Of a DNA stretch of 64,000 nucleotides, positions 24,327-37,968 are shown in pieces. The position numbers and the translations under genes were made by a program. The notes below the pieces were generated by a model. That model had not been told where the DNA came from. It saw only the letters and a list, made by a program, of their open reading frames with translations, and searched no databases. The first letter of the stretch is position 1. Each line of letters starts with the position of its first letter. This DNA is from Adineta vaga (lineage: Eukaryota > Animalia > Rotifera), in assembly GCA_021613535.1 (NCBI GenBank), contig CP075497.1, positions 10,850,001 to 10,914,000 of the forward strand. Direction: 5' to 3'.

Positions 24327-25695
24327 TTATCCTTCTTCATCAAATTGTTCTTCGCCTGGTATATCTAAACAAATAAGAAAAACAAAACATATTAGAAAAC
24401 AAACTTGTCAATTAGAAATTCATCACTCACCATCATTGCCTTGCTGATTTTCATCGTCTTCATTTCCTTCGGCACCATCACCACCCTCTGCATTTTGTTC
24501 ATTATCGCCATTCTCACCATCTACTTATATAAGAGAAAATCGATAATCATCAATCAAAACTATGCTTCTTACCACCATGTGTCTTGTGATGACCATCTTG
24601 ATCTATAAATATAAATATATGTAACATGTCAATATTCAATTACAACATTGAGAAACATAGATGATCAATAAATGAAGAGAACTAATCAATGAAAAACTGA
24701 TTACCTTGTGATCGACTTGTTGCAGGTCGATCATCATCTAAATCGTATGGTTCTTCTTGTTGTGTGGCGGTGACATTACGTGCAATCCATCTATATTGAA
24801 CTTGTGGTGGTGCTTCTGAATCTTCTTCATCCGCCTAAATTTCATTGAATGCTATTAGAAGATAAGCTTTTTTCGTTCTAAACTACTGACCGTCGATGTA
24901 ATATAATATTCTCCATTTTGTTGATATCCATTTTTGAAGATAAATCTACCTTTACCTTTAGGCTACAAGCAAACGAATCAATAGAGTATCTATTGAAAAG
25001 AAATAACTTACATAATTATCATGAAATTTTCCTCCATATCGATATTGATTAAACAAAAGTTGACCAGGTCCTTGTCGTTTTCCTTCACGCCACGTTCCAA
25101 CATATTGTGCTTCTAAGCACAAAAGAAATTAAAAACGTTTAATTCAAAATCGATTCTTATTGAAATAGTACATACTTGTTGCTGCATAAGTATATGTGCC
25201 TTTGCCATGTCTTTGATGATTTCTCCACTCACCCTCGTAAGTATCAAGATTTGGATATGTATATGTTCCATTACCGTCACGAATATTTTCACTCCATTCA
25301 CCATCATATTTCGATCCGTCAGGATAATAGAAAATTCCTTTACCATGTCGTTTATTTTTTAGATATTCACCTAATGTAAGATTTTTCCCAATGTAAAAAT
25401 GATATTTTCAAGGTTAATTCAACAAAACGAACCTATATAACGAGCGGTATTTGTAAATCGATATGTACCAGTACCATGTCGTTTTCCATTTTCATATTGA
25501 CCTTCGTAAGTATCACCATTAGGCAATGTTGCTTTTCCAAAGCCATGACGTTCATTTTGTTCATTTCGGTCACCTTCATATGTCTAGTAACAAATGAATA
25601 TATCAATGTGGAAAATTCATAAGAATATCTAATAAACATACTCCTAAGTTATCTCCGTTTTCTTCTTCACCTAACTCTTCTTCATCGTCAGACAT
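24327..25695 (-). CDS. RSPH1: Radial spoke head 1 homolog (MORN repeats)
   Basis: [90 protein letters not shown]; acidic C-terminus. Confidence 0.92.
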
Positions 25696-25808
25696 TTTGC
25701 TAAAATATGTGAATGTATGTCAAAAGAATGAATCTGTTTTAATGACAATCGTAGCTACAGTTTCATACTCAACCATTAGCATCATGAATTTACTTAACAA
25801 CAAACGTT

Positions 25809-25822
25809 GTTACTATGACGAC
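25809..25822. promoter_or_regulatory. Candidate RFX X-box in the divergent promoter between RSPH1 and the Cys-rich gene
   Basis: GTTACTATGACGAC resembles the X-box GTNRYY-AT-RRYAAC; ~115 nt upstream of the RSPH1 ATG. Confidence 0.5.
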
Positions 25823-25947
25823 AACGATTCAAAGTGCATTCGTCAATTCTCGTCAACACATTTTCATGTATAGAGGCTGTACCATGGAGAAAAAATAGAG
25901 AAATGAATGAAGAATAATAATTTCTACGATTGAATGATTATTAACAG

Positions 25948-26657
25948 ATGTCAACGACTAACAAAGTATTTAAAATAGATAAAAAACTGTATATATAATT
26001 ATCAATCTAAATCGATATTTTATTCTTTTATAGCCAAGTACTTTTCTACCGGGTGGTTACAATAATGGTACGAAAACTACTGAATTACAACCACCATATA
26101 TTTTTGTCATTATTCTTGGTTGTGTTGTAATAATTCTCATTATATTAATTCTTATTCGAGAGATTTTGAAAGTAAATCGTTGAATTCTGTACTTGACTAA
26201 TATTATATACATGTATTTTTATTTTAAGTCTCGTGGTGTTCTTCAAAATTGTTGTAATTGTAAAGGTACTGGCGTTCAATGTTTAGGTTGTCAAGAATGT
26301 TGTATAGCATGTGCTGAAACATGTGATTGTTGTCGCACAACATCTATTGAATCATGTCTCGATGCCTGTTGTCCAAAACGAGGAGTAAGTTCGAACAAAT
26401 CCATGATATGATATCATCTCTATTTCATACCTATAGTCTATTGAATTCGCCGATATTATCACTTGTGAAGCATGTTGTTCTGGGCAATGTTGTTCTGTAA
26501 GTTAAAAATTTTCTAATACAAAAAAAGACGATAAATCTTTTTCTTTTAGTGTGGTGACACTGTTTGTGTGTGTGCACCTACAGATGTTCGAACAGTGAAT
26601 TGCTTATGTTGTGCATGTGAACAACAGTATCCTCATGTAAACATGGATGACAGATAA
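25948..26657 (+). CDS. Small (~159 aa) single-pass membrane protein with very Cys-rich C-terminal part, 5 exons
   Basis: Phase-0 GT-AG splicing gives MSTTNK-PSTFLPGGYNNGTK..YIFVIILGCVVIILIILILIREILK-SRGVLQNCCNCKG..CQECCIACAETCDCC..CLDACCPKRG-SIEFADIITCEACCSGQCCS-CGDTVCVC..NCLCCACEQQYPHVNMDDR*. Confidence 0.8.
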
Positions 26658-26850
26658 TTCTTCATTATATACAACGAATTATTAAAAAAATTTCGTGTAT
26701 TAAATTGTTCTTTTTTTGTCGTGTTTATATCTATTAGAAAATTTCATCACAGTTCTTCAATGTTATTTGCTTTTATCTCTTTATAGTACGGATAAAATAA
26801 ATTAGCAAGACTTTTTTTTTCTATCTTTAGATATATATATATATATAATC

Positions 26851-28243
26851 ATGACATCATTTATGGAAGATTATTTTCGAACTGCCTTAAGTAAAGAACT
26901 AACTGTGTAAGAAAAATAAGAAAGATTGGATTTAATTTTAAAAACCTATCGTGTAACTGTTTCAGAGCACCTCCAGAACGTGAACATGAAAATTTATCAT
27001 CAACATCACGATTATTGGAAAAACAACGTGAAGTAACCGAAGCAGAATCCTTATTATCGAATCAAAAAGAAGTAATTTGTTTTCACAAAATCAAACTTTA
27101 TACATAGTTCTTTTTAGGAATTCAAATTAAAAATGCAAAGTTTAAAATTACGACGTGAGAAATTGAATTCTAAAGAACATGAATTACGTGAAAGTTTAGC
27201 AAATTTCGAGAAATATATTAACGTATGTAATCGAATGAGTTGTTAAAAAAAGATGAAATGTTCGTTTTAAGGAACTTGATTCGAAACGAATGCGAGCACT
27301 TAAACGAGCACATGATGAACGAGATTTAGCATCTCTTAAACAAAAAGATATTGAAAAATTACAAACAGAAATCGATGAATTAAAACGAAAACGAGAAGAA
27401 TTAACAGCTCGAAATGCCAAATATAGTGATCATCATAAATATCTTGAACAGGTAAATCTATTGTTTTAAAATTGGATTCGAACGATTCGATTTGATGAAT
27501 AGACTGTAGAATTAGCTGATGAATTTCAAGAAATTCGAGAATTAATTGATCGTTATACAACTTTAGATACGAATAAACAAGTAAGAATATCCATGGTTGA
27601 ACTTTCTATTCAATTTATTCATATTTCTCTAGGCATTATTAGAAATTCAAAATCAACGTGAAGAACAATTAGAAGATTTACGTCGTAAACGAGAAGCATT
27701 TGTGCAAGTAAGTTGAATGACATTCTACCTTTTCTTTCTTTCTTTTCGTCATTAATCTCATTTCGATTGTATTTTTTTCTTCAAGAAAAAAAATAATGAA
27801 ATTTTAACTTTAAATAATCGTATCGGTGATTTACAACATCATCTTGAACGAGCAGAAATTGATGCAAGACGCGCTGAAAATGATTGGAATTTTATACAAG
27901 CAACAGCAGCTGAAAAAACATTAGAACTTGGCAATGTTATCTTGTAAAAAGAAAAAAGTCAATTTATTTCTCACATTTCTTTTTCTTTTTGTTCAGAGCT
28001 GCACGAAATTTATATCAACTTGTTCTTCGTCATCAAAAAGTTGAAAAAGATGAAAGTCATGAACCTGTTGATCCGCTCAAAAACGTTCGACAGCAATTAG
28101 ATAAAGTAATCATCTTATCTTAAATGAAATGATTTCATATAATTTCATATTCGTCATTTTAGGTTGAAATATTTATTCATGATTTTACATCAATTACACA
28201 TGAAATGAAGCGATTTGATCAAGCCAAAGCTCGACTCAGTTAA
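26851..28243 (+). CDS. CCDC42/CFAP73 family coiled-coil ciliary protein (DUF4200), multi-exon
   Basis: MEDYFRTA..STSRLLEKQREVTEAESLLSNQKEEFKLKMQSL..LRESLANFEKYINELDSKRMRALKRA..EFQEIRELIDRYTTL..IQATAAEKTLELG..AARNLYQLV match the family pattern. Missed by the ORF track because the exons are short. Confidence 0.85.
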
Positions 28244-29706
28244 ACATTGAATTTGCATTTATTTTTTTCTTTGGTACTGATACTTCATCCCAATATAGAC
28301 CTTACTGAATATTTGCTACAAATCCTACAATCATCTTTTCACTTCAACGACTGGTCTTTTATCATATCTGTGTTCAATGCCACGAGTTTTCTATTTTAAT
28401 CTTGTATTGAATGATTCAATAAAACATGTTCATCAGATATGATTACAGATTTATAGTTCTTTGAATTCTCTTGAGAAAAAAAAAGAAAGAACTTATCATT
28501 TTGATTAAAAATTCATATGGAAGAAAACGAGAGAACCTTTCTCACCTGTTATTATGAACATTTTGATTTCTTTTTCTTTCCATTCAGTTATAACGATAGA
28601 TTCGATGCATATAATTTTTCAACCGATGACGTAATCTTTGGGAATAAAATAAGACACGCATTAGAGATAGTAAAATTACATAGATAGGAAGAGTAACAAT
28701 CTTCGATGAACACCATCAAGTAGATACTCATTGTTTCAACATCAATATGCTTATATAATCGATACGATACAAATAAAACAGTATTTTCATTAGTCGTTAG
28801 AATTGAAAGAATACAATAAGTATGTCAATTGACCTTCCTCTCTCTCTTTCTTTCGATGTTCATTGTATTGATGTTGTAAAAAAGCTAAACAAGAGTTGTC
28901 TTTTCTTTTTCCCTATTAAATCCATCAACTACTTATCATTGCATGTAATAGTAATGATTCAGGTGAGTGAAACCGGAAGGGTGTGATTTTATGACCTCGG
29001 AATTTGATAAAATGAGTGGCTGTTCTATTAGGTGATTGATATCGACATTGATAACACCACATGCACTTGTCTGACACCTTAATTTCTTTTTCTTTCTCAC
29101 GAGAAATGCCTAGATGATTGTTGTTGGACAGCCGGCAGGGTTAGTTTTTTGCACTTGTCAATCATCATCATCATCATTAGAGGGAAAAAACGAAGTTCAA
29201 CGTTATAACTTTATACTAATGTTGATCGCAACAAGTTCATTTGCCTTTTGTCCATTCTATGAAACTAGATTGTTTTTCTATTAATGTGACCGGTAAGTTA
29301 CATTCTTTTTTTTGCCCCGTCATACATACTCTCAGGAGGCTATGTCTGTTGACACCGTATACTTGTTTGATCGCCACATGATATATATATATAATTTCTA
29401 CTATGATAAGCTCGAGCCAAATATAGGCATTGCTATGCAGACAATGGATAGTACAGGTCAATTATATTTGTGAAAAAAAAAGAAAAGAAAGAAATGTAAT
29501 TATAGCATGATCGTGGCAGGTGAGAGGTGTCAAATAGGTAGGACAAAAAGCATTTTGACAAGTGATCAAGTCAGGGCGTAAGTGAATATAGTGTTAGTTC
29601 ATTGCGTGCATCATCATGAAATTAATTCAAATATATATTGCATGTAGACAATGACGACCGGATATCTTACATACAGGATATTATGTATCTATCTATTCAT
29701 TCAGCC

Positions 29707-29730
29707 ATCTATCTATCTATCTATCTATCT
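29707..29730. repeat. (ATCT)n microsatellite
   Basis: Directly visible. Confidence 0.85.
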
Positions 29731-30399
29731 TTCTATTTATCTATAGTGTGCTATTTGTTTTGAGAGCACATTTGTCATATGAATTTATTCTATATCGTTT
29801 TTTTATGATTCGTGAAATATAGTTCTGAAATGATGCGTACGATTATTCTAGATGTGTGATCATCAAATTTCTCTTGTAATGTATTTTTTAGTCAGAGACA
29901 TGAATAGAAAATATGACACCATCTGAATGTTAATTAATGAGAACATCGTTGATAAGTAGTTCTAGTAGGAGACATGATTAAAATCAGTCGCATTTATAGT
30001 TATTCTTTTCGTTTGATCTTGTTCAAGAGGCGAACTTATGTTCATGTTGTCTTCACTATATCTGCATTGAATAGCGATTGATGATGATCCGTGAAACGAC
30101 CTTTCATGGCTCATTCAATAGAAGTTGTTCGATTTTAATTGAAAAAAAATAATTTAACAATAATCATTGATACGATTGATTAATACGAAGAAGCCAGATA
30201 TGAGTGTATACGATTGTAGTGCTTCTAATGGAAAACAACTTTAATTCTCCTCCTCCTTCGTCTTCATCTTTTGTTTCTTCATCTTCATTATTTTTCATTC
30301 TCGCATTGTTTATCAACACGTACTCTTCACTATTTGTAGAGAGAGTCTACATTCTTCTTCTTCTTCTTTGTCGTGTAATTAAACATTTGACAAGATATA

Positions 30400-30435
30400 C
30401 GTATGTATGTGTATGTATGTATGTATGTATGTATG
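30400..30435. repeat. (GTAT)n microsatellite, interrupted
   Basis: Directly visible. Confidence 0.85.
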
Positions 30436-32568
30436 AGACTTTGTCATGAAGAGTTAGACCGCCGATTTGTTTAACCTGTCTGTATGACCTTTATCGATTC
30501 ATTGCTGTCTCATATGTCATCTATTACTTACTACTTGAAAGAGAGTAAGAAATTCAAGAACACACCCAAAGGTGCCAATCACCATTATTATTATCATCAT
30601 TATCATCATAGTCTTACCCATTCATTACTTTTTTTCTTCTTCTATGCTAGTCTATAATAATCAGTAGAAGTTCTCATCTCTATTGTCGCTCGAAGTGCCG
30701 CATTCACATCACTCTATATTACTGACATTTTCTAAGACACCTCTCTGTCAAGGTTTTTCATTCATCCTGTCTCTTTTTTTTATCGTCTCTTCATCGATAA
30801 TTCTATATACATGTAGAGATGCGAAACAAAGATTCCACTTGTATGTATATATGTTATGATACTTGCATACGCCTCTACGCGCTTCATTCATTATGTAATC
30901 GTGCCACATATTCCATGTATATATGCATCACGACCACCATCAGTGTTGTTCTATGAAGGACATTCACGATATAACTAATACAATCTTCTATTATATTACA
31001 CATACTAACATATACATTTCCGGAATTGACGCGTCATACAAGTGAGGTAACTGTTCATGCTTTCACCATATTGACCTTCATCATACGATTTCTAAACATT
31101 TTGTCTATTTCATTTTTTTAGTTCATTATGCATATATGTATGTATGCATGTATGGGAGAACGAGCGAATCTGTTTATCTAATCATGCTAGTCATAGGGTG
31201 CGTGTAATCATTTAGAATAACAATTGAGAAAAAGAAAGTTGTTGATTTTCCACATGCAAATGAATATGAATCTGTCATTCGTTAACGAGTGTTCAGACCA
31301 ATCTGGCACCCATACACATGACATGTATATATAAACAGAAATAAAACTAACTGTTATTCTCATGAATAAATTAGAATGTTGAAATAAGCACCTGATATTC
31401 GATCATATAAATAAAATATGAAACGAATTATCAAATTTCAGTATGAACAAACATTTTAATTCTTCTTTTCCAGTTCGTCTTGAAACAAAAAAAAAGTAAT
31501 TAGCATCATTTTCTAGTCATTGCTTTTTCTTCTTTGTCTTCGAGTCATTATTTCTTATTGAATAGTGAAAGTATATCCCATCAATAAGACAATACTCTCA
31601 CTTCAAATCATCGACGCGTAAATATACAATATGACACCTGTTCATGACAAATTAATTAATCAGATAAAGTGAAAGAAAAAGAAACCTAGACAATTGCCTT
31701 ATTATCCTGACTTGAGAACGACATGTACATCTATACATAGTACTAGAGAACTAGCATTATTCTTGAAAACATATAGAGGTTGTGTTTAATCTGAATAGTC
31801 AATATATTGATTGTACCAAGAGAGAGAGAGAGAGGGAGAGAGGAAGAGAAAAAGAAAAAAAATCAATCTTGTTGAACCTGCCTCGTATATGTGTATATGT
31901 GTGTGTATACATGTAATGGTTCAGACGAAGGAAAAGAAGAGGTTATGTGTGCAGATGCACAAACAACACACGACTAGTGAATTGTATCTGCTTGACGAAT
32001 GAATGAACGTAAAGCAGGAAATGTACGATGGATAGAGAAAATAGTGCTATTGCTGTTGTGTGTATGTCAGGTTAGATCAATGTTATATAATTACAGGAAG
32101 AAAAAGCTTCTGTTTTTTGCTCTCTCTCCTTTCTCGTTTTATTCCCTCGATTTTCTCTCTCTCCCCTCTTTTGCATCTTGTATATATATTTTTTCTTCTT
32201 GTCCATAAATCGACAATCGAGAAAGAAGATTTGTTCTTCTGATGAAGAAAAAGAAAAGAATGAAGATGAACATCATATCTTGATGTATGTGAGTGAGTAA
32301 ATGGGATCGATCGGATTAGCTTATTTTCATTCTTTTTCTTTTTCTTTTTCTTTATTCATATAATAAAATAAGTTTCATATAGACAGATTGTTTCAATGAT
32401 GAGAACTTGATACTCAAGTATATATGTAAATCCGGTTTCATACTAGACGGATGTCCTTCTCGTTAACATATACACACACATAGAATCTCATATAAACGAC
32501 GCTGTTGACTATTTCCTTTCGTATAAAGATATCGATCAACTTTTCGATTTTCTAGATATAGAGACAAT

Positions 32569-35120
32569 ATGTTTAGTTCACCAACATTATCTCGTTATAA
32601 TAAGCAACAATCAAACATTGATATGATGTCGACAAAACGTATTATTGATGAAAAATCTCAAACAATTGAACAATTGACAACGATTATTGATGAATTAAAA
32701 CTTCGACATGAAAGAAAAGAACGTGAATTCATCAAACGTATTGGTATATTATATAATGATTTACAACAAAATAAGAAGAAAATGGCACATTTAATTTATA
32801 AACATCAACAACAAAAAAAGGTAAAATTGATTTCTATAGCTTTCGTTTTTAACTTCATCATATAACATGTGATATTTATTCGCTAAGAAATAGAAATGAA
32901 AATAAACAAGATATTTTAAAAGGATTAATTGAGTATATCCTTCGAGATTCAATCATAGTTTAAGTTTAATCTTTTTTGTTTATTTAACATAGACAGATTT
33001 AGCAAAGAAATGCGTAAAATGAGCATTTTGTTTCTCTTTTTTTTGTTTTACTGATTCTTAATTTAAATAAGCATTCAAAGTCAATATTTCTGCCTTGCAG
33101 ACACTCAAGCGTCAATCATCATATAAGAAAACGCACATGTTTGTGTATTTATTCACTTTGAAATAATAATCAGATCGGCATTTGCTTGTCCGTTTACTTC
33201 TGAAAAGACACATGGCCTATAACTCAATTACAAACAATTGAACCATTCAATTCTTTTCGTATCTTCTTTTTTGACATGATAGTGTTATGTAAATTGATCA
33301 GAACTACAAAAAAGAACAAGAGCTGGTTTCGATCAAAAAGTGAAGTGATAATTGAATGACGAAGAAAAGAAGAGAAAAAGGTTTTAACACCTGATTCGAT
33401 TCTGATCTCTCTTTTTGTTTTGCATTTAATTGGTTTGGTCTGGTGTCTATATATGTGTTAGTTTGTTTTCTTTTGTCAATGGGTGGTAGTGATGGTCAGA
33501 AAGAGTGTTGAACGATGGATCAGATCAACATTTATTCATTCTCATTCATATTCATTAATGATTTATAGACTATAATATAATATAATCAGATAATTAATCT
33601 CTCCATTCGCCTTCTCCTTTTTTTGCAATTACAGTAAGAACAATATCGATTATTGTTCGTCTACTTGACTATCGTTATTTTGTTTCAATATGATACTTGT
33701 AGAAAATGAAAAGAAAAGACAACACGAAGTTATTGCCTCTTTTTCTTGAATTTTATTAGTTTCTTTTTTGTATGTTCGTCTAGAATTTATGATGAAGGAT
33801 CATATAAAAAGCACCTTCAGGCAGTCAGACAATCTTTACTATACTAAAACAAAGACAGACGATGATGGCGACGTCGCCATTTGCTCTTTTGGTTTCTTTG
33901 ATGGATTAAAGTAGTAGAAGTGCGAAGAGTATGATTACGTGAAAAGCATTGTCAAAGAAACTGTACAAAAGAATATCCTCAGGCATTCTCTTCTCTAAAC
34001 ATTAACTGTTTTTATAATAAAATTTCAAATTAATCTTTATAATTATTCATTTTTTTTCAATTTCATAGACTAATAATGATACAAAATTATTGCAAGATTT
34101 TTCTACACAAACAGATGAAAGTAATCTATCTTTATCATCAATATGTTTAAATTGTTCAACACAATTGACAGATATATCTTCATACAATGTAAAAGAAAAT
34201 CTCTTCTTTTGTCGTATAAGAAACATTGTTTATCCTCTCTTATTTACTAATAGGATAACAATATTGTTCAACGTCTTAGTCAATTACAAGTACATGAATC
34301 AAACAAAACTCAAGAACAGGTACATCTCTATATTAAATTCCATTGATAATTCTATTAATTCGATTTTGTTTAGCAACCTAAATATTATACACTTCAAGCT
34401 GAAGAAGATCTTGAATATGTAACGGCAACACCTCAAGCGACTTTTAATCAATCTTTATCATCACCTGCTCTCTCGACAACCGATCGATCATCTACAAGAT
34501 CATCTTGTTCCCATCATCATTGTTCAACATCATCGACAAAACATAATGAAAGTAGTTCAAGTGCTTATAATACTGCTGAAAGTTTACCTAGTAGTACCTA
34601 TTCCGATGAAATTGAATCACTTGAACGTGTTTTAAATGCTGCTTGTACAATGTATACAACACATGGTAATCTCGAACATACAATTAAATTACAAGAAGAA
34701 TTATTTCGACAACGTTTACGTTTACGTGGTATTACTGTTGATGATAATCATAATGAATCAACATCATCAAGTGAACATTTATATGATAATATTGATGATG
34801 AAACAAGTGATGTAGAAAAACAATCAACACCAGCACATCGAATACGTCCAATATCGTCATCTCATCGAAGAAAATCCAAACCAAATATTATATTAAGTAC
34901 AGATGATGATGAACAACATCAACAAGATAAAATGAAAATATTAAAACAAAATAAAATTCGTTTTCCTGATCAATATCATTCATTTAATAAACGTAAACTT
35001 AATAAATCAACAACAAAAATAAACTCAACAAATAATCGAAAATATCATTCATCTATGTCTACAACTAAGAAATTTTCGTTACCATTATCATCCAATATGT
35101 TAACTGTGACTATTACTTAA
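32569..35120 (+). CDS. Coiled-coil protein with PDZRN3/PDZRN4/Slip1-like C-terminal motifs; exons ~32569-32820, 34069-34188, 34254-34319, 34374-35120
   Basis: Open spliced frame. Motifs SSSAYNTAES, MYTTHGNLEHTIKLQEELFRQRL, STDDD..KMK and terminal MLTVTIT recall PDZRN3/4 (SSAYNTxES; TTDDDAMSEMKM; LSVTTV). No PDZ or RING seen; 5' end uncertain. Confidence 0.6.
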
Positions 35121-37968
35121 CATTTTCCTCTTCTCCCATTCATTCTCGTTTTATATGTTGTATACGTCTTACCCTTTCTCTTCTTTGGACGTCTATAGAA
35201 AACATTTATTTAAATATATATGTATTGTTTCATACAAGTCTTCTTTTCAAAGTATCAAAATCGTTTTTCTATACAAACACATCATCAATCATAAATGTTT
35301 TATTGACAGAAGAAAAAAAAACTCTTTTAAAGCTGGGCGAACATTAATCGCCGACGATTGATTGATTGATGGATTGTTCAAAAAAAATACATGTGGTATT
35401 TTCTGATTTCCTTTGTTAAAAAGCCTTCCAGGCGAATAGTTATTTATAAAACAATTTTCATGATTATGTAATACAGAAGATGAAATTATTCGATTCGGAG
35501 TCATTTATTACTTGACTATGACTACCTACTTGAAAAATGTTTCTTATATATAAAGATTTCGATTAACTACACCTAGTAGTTGAAGTTTACATATAATGCA
35601 TGATAATAAAGTCATAAAACAATTCATTAATCATTCAAGTACCAACATAGACGGTTGTTCAGAATTATTTTTATGAGCTTTTTATTGAAGATGTCTCAAG
35701 GCGAACAACTTTTATAAATATCTTAATAAACCTTGAATACAATTAGTAGCACGATCTTCATTCGTATTTTCATTATTCTTAAAAGTGTATTCTTCAAAGC
35801 GAAGGCTCATATCTTTGGTATGTTTATATAAAACATGTAATAAGCACAAAATATGATTAATTCTGGGAATAATTATATGTCTCTGTCAGATTGACTGACT
35901 GGAAAAACATATTATCTAATCATTTAAAGGACTAATCTGTTATTGTTACTAATTCTATCAGACAGAAAATAGATAGCAAATTCATTTTTGCGTTTATAAT
36001 CATCAATCTCTCGAGTGAATAACTTTTAAATTGTTGTTATATGATTTGATATAAAATTTAAAGGTCATCACATCAAAAGTCAAACTTTGATGCTAAACCT
36101 ACTGAATTAAAGATTACATTTTTTTGTTGTTTGAAGGTTATTTCGTCACGAAAAGAAATTCAATAGTTCAACGTTAAATAAAAGAATTGAATGGATTAAA
36201 AAAGTTAAATTATGTACGATTTCATTTCTAATAGATCTTGATGGAGCACGTTATTATGATGTTAGATTAATTTTTTCCTCACAAATGAATAATGATAATG
36301 AGATATATCCTGATGATTCATTATCAAAAGAAATTATTAACTAAAAATTATTATTGGGGATTTTCGACATCAACGTGATGCATCATTATTACTTCAGAGA
36401 ATAGTTTTTGTTTAGAGATAGAAAAAGTTTCGTTCTCTATGTACTAGGATAGAGTGTTCTGATGAGACATATTTTCCGTGCTTGTTATCGTTATTCAGAA
36501 CATAGTGCTTTTATTAAAACAATTTTACTGTAAGAAATGGACGGAATACAACGAAGCCCTGTGAAAACTTGTTTTCAGTAGGAATACTGCCTGTATACAG
36601 ATCGAACAAAACGAAGCCGTTTAAAATGCGTTTTCGGAATGTATCGTTCGACGTGGGAACATATAGAACAGCTGTTACACAGATTAAATCACTTACAAAC
36701 TGATCCAGGTTTCGTAATTTTGTAAGTTTCAACTAATTTTTATGTATCACAAAAAAGGTTCTTTATTCTTCTTAGCTATGATGGTGTTGATGGAGCAAAA
36801 AACGTTTTACAACTTCCTCTATATCTTCTTCTTCTTCTAGCTACTGATGATGACAGTAGTTCAATACGACTGTTCAACGATTATTTTCTAATAGTAGTAA
36901 TACTTGCTATAATTAACTCTCTTGATGATGTATTTTCAGCATGTGGGCGTGAATGGAAAGGAGATACTCACAACCATACCAAGACGGTCGAGAAAAAAAC
37001 AGAAGTTAGAGCCAAGATATAGCAAAAATTATAATTACACGATAGAGTTACAATTCACCCATATATATGTTATATTTAACAGAAACATTTTCATCGAATC
37101 AAAAATACTTATTAGAGCCTGGATACTAAGTATATCTTTGTAGTGCAGATGTATTTACTTGCACTCTTTGACTAGATTGGATGGAAATGTTTAACTCAAA
37201 GGTACATATATTTACACTCATAGCCTTCGTGACGTATTGATGATCTTTTGAATAGAAAGTCTCAAGGTATTCTAATAATGAATAGATCTTTCCATGGAAA
37301 AAATCTCGCAATATAAAAAAGTCATTCGATTTCTCGATTTATGCCATGTCATCGTCTAAAGTTACAGTACAATGATTATAAATGCATATAGAGAACTTAT
37401 AGTGCACGTATTATTTTGTGGTTTATCATAGCTCTATAGGGCCTCTCTTATGCACAGACATCGAGCTCAGAACCAATTTATCAGCTGTATCAGTTTTTCC
37501 ATGCATATCAAAACTCTTGTTAAGCAAGCTCAAATAAACATTCATTATATTTATTGTATACTTTGCACTTTAATAAATAGTGTTGTACTGATATAGCGTT
37601 AGTTTTAAATTTTTAGTTTGCATTTTCATACGTTATATATTATTAAGAGTAATTATGTTCAACGAAGAAAATTGAAAAAAATCATGGCATATTCTCGCAC
37701 AAATGAACAGGTGAATTTCACTCTATATGAATATCATTTCTTTCTCATTATTTGTTTGACTAAAGCGGAGGAACATATTTTATAACTATTATTAAAAAAA
37801 AAGAGTTACGAGTCAATTAGTTAACGTTTAATTGCATGGGAAACAAACGTTTTATATAAATATTCTCTCTCTCGCTCTCTCTCTCTAAATATATATATAC
37901 AAATGAATTAATACAGCAATAATACTGATATCATTGAGGAAAACTATTTCTATAAAAGAAAACCTATC

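Noticed and set aside
25948-26657. Calling the Cys-rich protein a metallothionein or keratin-associated protein
   Set aside because: It has a clear TM helix and an N-terminal sequon; the similarity would be compositional only.
28300-32500. Possible hidden gene or ncRNA in the long intergenic region; several CAGGTG/CACCTG E-boxes
   Set aside because: No spliceable coding chain or recognisable RNA fold found by eye; hexamer motifs cannot be called significant without statistics.
35300-37900. Short ORFs and possible decayed gene or TE fragments around the GPCR
   Set aside because: No recognisable domain, terminal repeat pair or consistent frame.
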